In this document: positions 62,141 through 64,000 of the stretch, in pieces | Layout: each line of letters begins with the position of its first letter | Position numbering within the stretch: position 1 is the stretch's first letter | From: Somniosus microcephalus | Lineage: Eukaryota | Direction: 5' to 3' | Length of the DNA stretch: 64,000 nucleotides | Assembly (NCBI GenBank): GCA_052327205.1 | Contig: CM126214.1 | Span: 26,040,001 to 26,104,000, forward strand | Made by a program: the position numbers and the translations under genes | Notes under the pieces: generated by a model | The model's database searches: none | The model's input: the letters and a program-made list of their open reading frames with translations, nothing else | Told to the model about the DNA's origin: nothing

Positions 62141-64000
62141 CAGCAAAGAGCTGTGCTGTCTGTCTCCAGGTGGAGCTGATTCACGTGCCCTGTATTTATT
62201 GCAGTGCAGCACACAGGATCCCATATATCTTTTTTAAAAAACATTATCCAGCATGTTAAGTAAATATAAAACCTATAAAGAGGGGAGGGGCCGGGGGGGG
62301 GCGCTGTGGGGATGGTGGGGTGGGAGGAAACTTATTCTTCAGTTCTGCTGACTGTTTTGAAACCACATTGCAGTTTAAAAAACTGTTGTATTTTACCTGA
62401 GGGAATTAACTGTTTTTGCTTTTTGGAATGTCCAGAAGGTTGTTTAGTTTTAGTGGTGGCTGTGGGAATTTGAGTTTGTGACTGAGTAATCGTAATAAAA
62501 TGAAAGCTTGTAAAAGTGTGAGCAGAAATGTTGGCTTTTTACAGTACGGGGGAATCGTGGTTCTTCCGAGAAGTTGCGTTTGATGGTCCTCCGATGTGCA
62601 TGCACCTTGTTGCATGACTAGCACTAAAATAGTGACACATGTCCTACAGGTACATGTTCAGTGCTACATTATGCACAATATAGTTAAAGTAGTAAGTGTT
62701 CAAGTGCAAATGCTGATTGGACACCTTCCACTGACTGGTTACCAGCGTCAGTGCTTAGTCATGTTAATGTTTTGACCTTTTACTTGAAACTAATATTTAT
62801 TCAAGTTTAAAATACCATACCGTAGTACTGTAGAGAGTTTTACTTCCCTTTCTCTATTCTGACGTATTCCGGGCAAGACCCCATGAAATGTGTCATGAGA
62901 TCTTTCTTGGGAAGAATAAAGATTACTGGAACGCAATCTTTTGTGTTCTTCCTTTTTGAAATAGCTAAGAGGGTAATTGAACTAGGAAATAGTTGACTAA
63001 AATTAGACCTTTAGTCTGTTACTGGTACAGATGCAATAGTTATCAGGTGTTATAAACTCTGCTTTTGAGGTGCAACAAGTCAAATAAAATAAAATCTAGA
63101 GTACTGTTCTATTGAAATAGACACTACAAGAGTATGAAATCTGAATTATCCAATAATATGGTGTTTGGTTGGATTTCAATCCCATAGAACCTACTTTGTA
63201 GAGTCCAGTGATTTTGACTGTTGACTGCAGATGGATTATTTGGGTAATACATTCTACCCAGTAATTTCATGGAAGCATATATAGGAAGGTGATGAGTCAA
63301 TTATAAATTTGACTTCATTTTTGTACAATGTGACAAAATCCACACTAGTACTTGGTAGATAGCTAGCTAACCAGTAACTATAAAACATCAAAACAATGGC
63401 AGGATGTTCTCATAAGTAGCCTTAAATTTGTAGGTATATTGAGGTGTAATTACGTGCTGTGAAAACTGAGCCATATAACTTAATAGAAAAAAGGTGCATT
63501 TATGTCATTTTATGTTGGTTTATAGTAATAAACAAAACTGCTTTTCATGAGCAGTCAAAAATCAGTTTGTACAATCCATTGGGGGTGCCTCTGTCATGCA
63601 GAAACTGTAAATGAGATTGCCCCTTAAGAATTAAACGTCTATTGTGATCTGTACACTATTTATCAAGTTCAGTTTACTGTAAGGAAAATCTTCTGTACAA
63701 AGTAATACCTATTATTTTAATATATATTACCAAAATGCCTGAGATATATTAGAAACTATTACCTAATTTTCTTTAGTATACCCAAATACATTGGAGGACA
63801 TTTTTTTTCTGTTCGTAACAAAATCGTACATTTAATATTTCGGAAAAAGGAAACTAACCCTTTTCAAGTGTTTCTGTGAACTATCAAGGCACAGATGACA
63901 TCTTTCAGCACTGAAAGGTAATGTCCATCATATGCTGGATTTTAAATGTTAATTGTATTTTACATATTTCTTTCACTCCCCCTGCCCCCCGTGCACTTAA

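Overview
Vertebrate genomic DNA, almost certainly from an elasmobranch (shark or ray), judging by its HE1-type V-SINEs and its CR1, L2 and Penelope repeats. The window holds the 3' two-thirds of one + strand gene, DOT1L (histone H3K79 methyltransferase). I traced 19 consecutive GT-AG coding exons, equivalent to human exons 9-27, with consistent phases. Two alternative endings follow: a Pro/Ser-rich cassette exon (59633-60248, ending ...SGVKPR*) and a last exon at 60870 that encodes only 'N*' plus the 3'UTR. The introns contain CR1 and L2 LINE fragments, a nested L2>CR1>V-SINE stack, four TA-flanked Tc1/mariner-type MITEs carrying RFX X-box-like palindromes, and four Penelope-derived fold-back insertions carrying minimal hammerhead ribozyme motifs (one with an intact core on the DOT1L sense strand). 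An inverted CR1 pair brackets exons 10-14, a 525-nt in-frame, stop-free block that is a circRNA or exon-skipping candidate. There is a 243-nt assembly gap. Exon numbers and human comparisons come from my recall of human DOT1L, not from a database search. Repeat boundaries are approximate unless TSDs or TIRs are cited.
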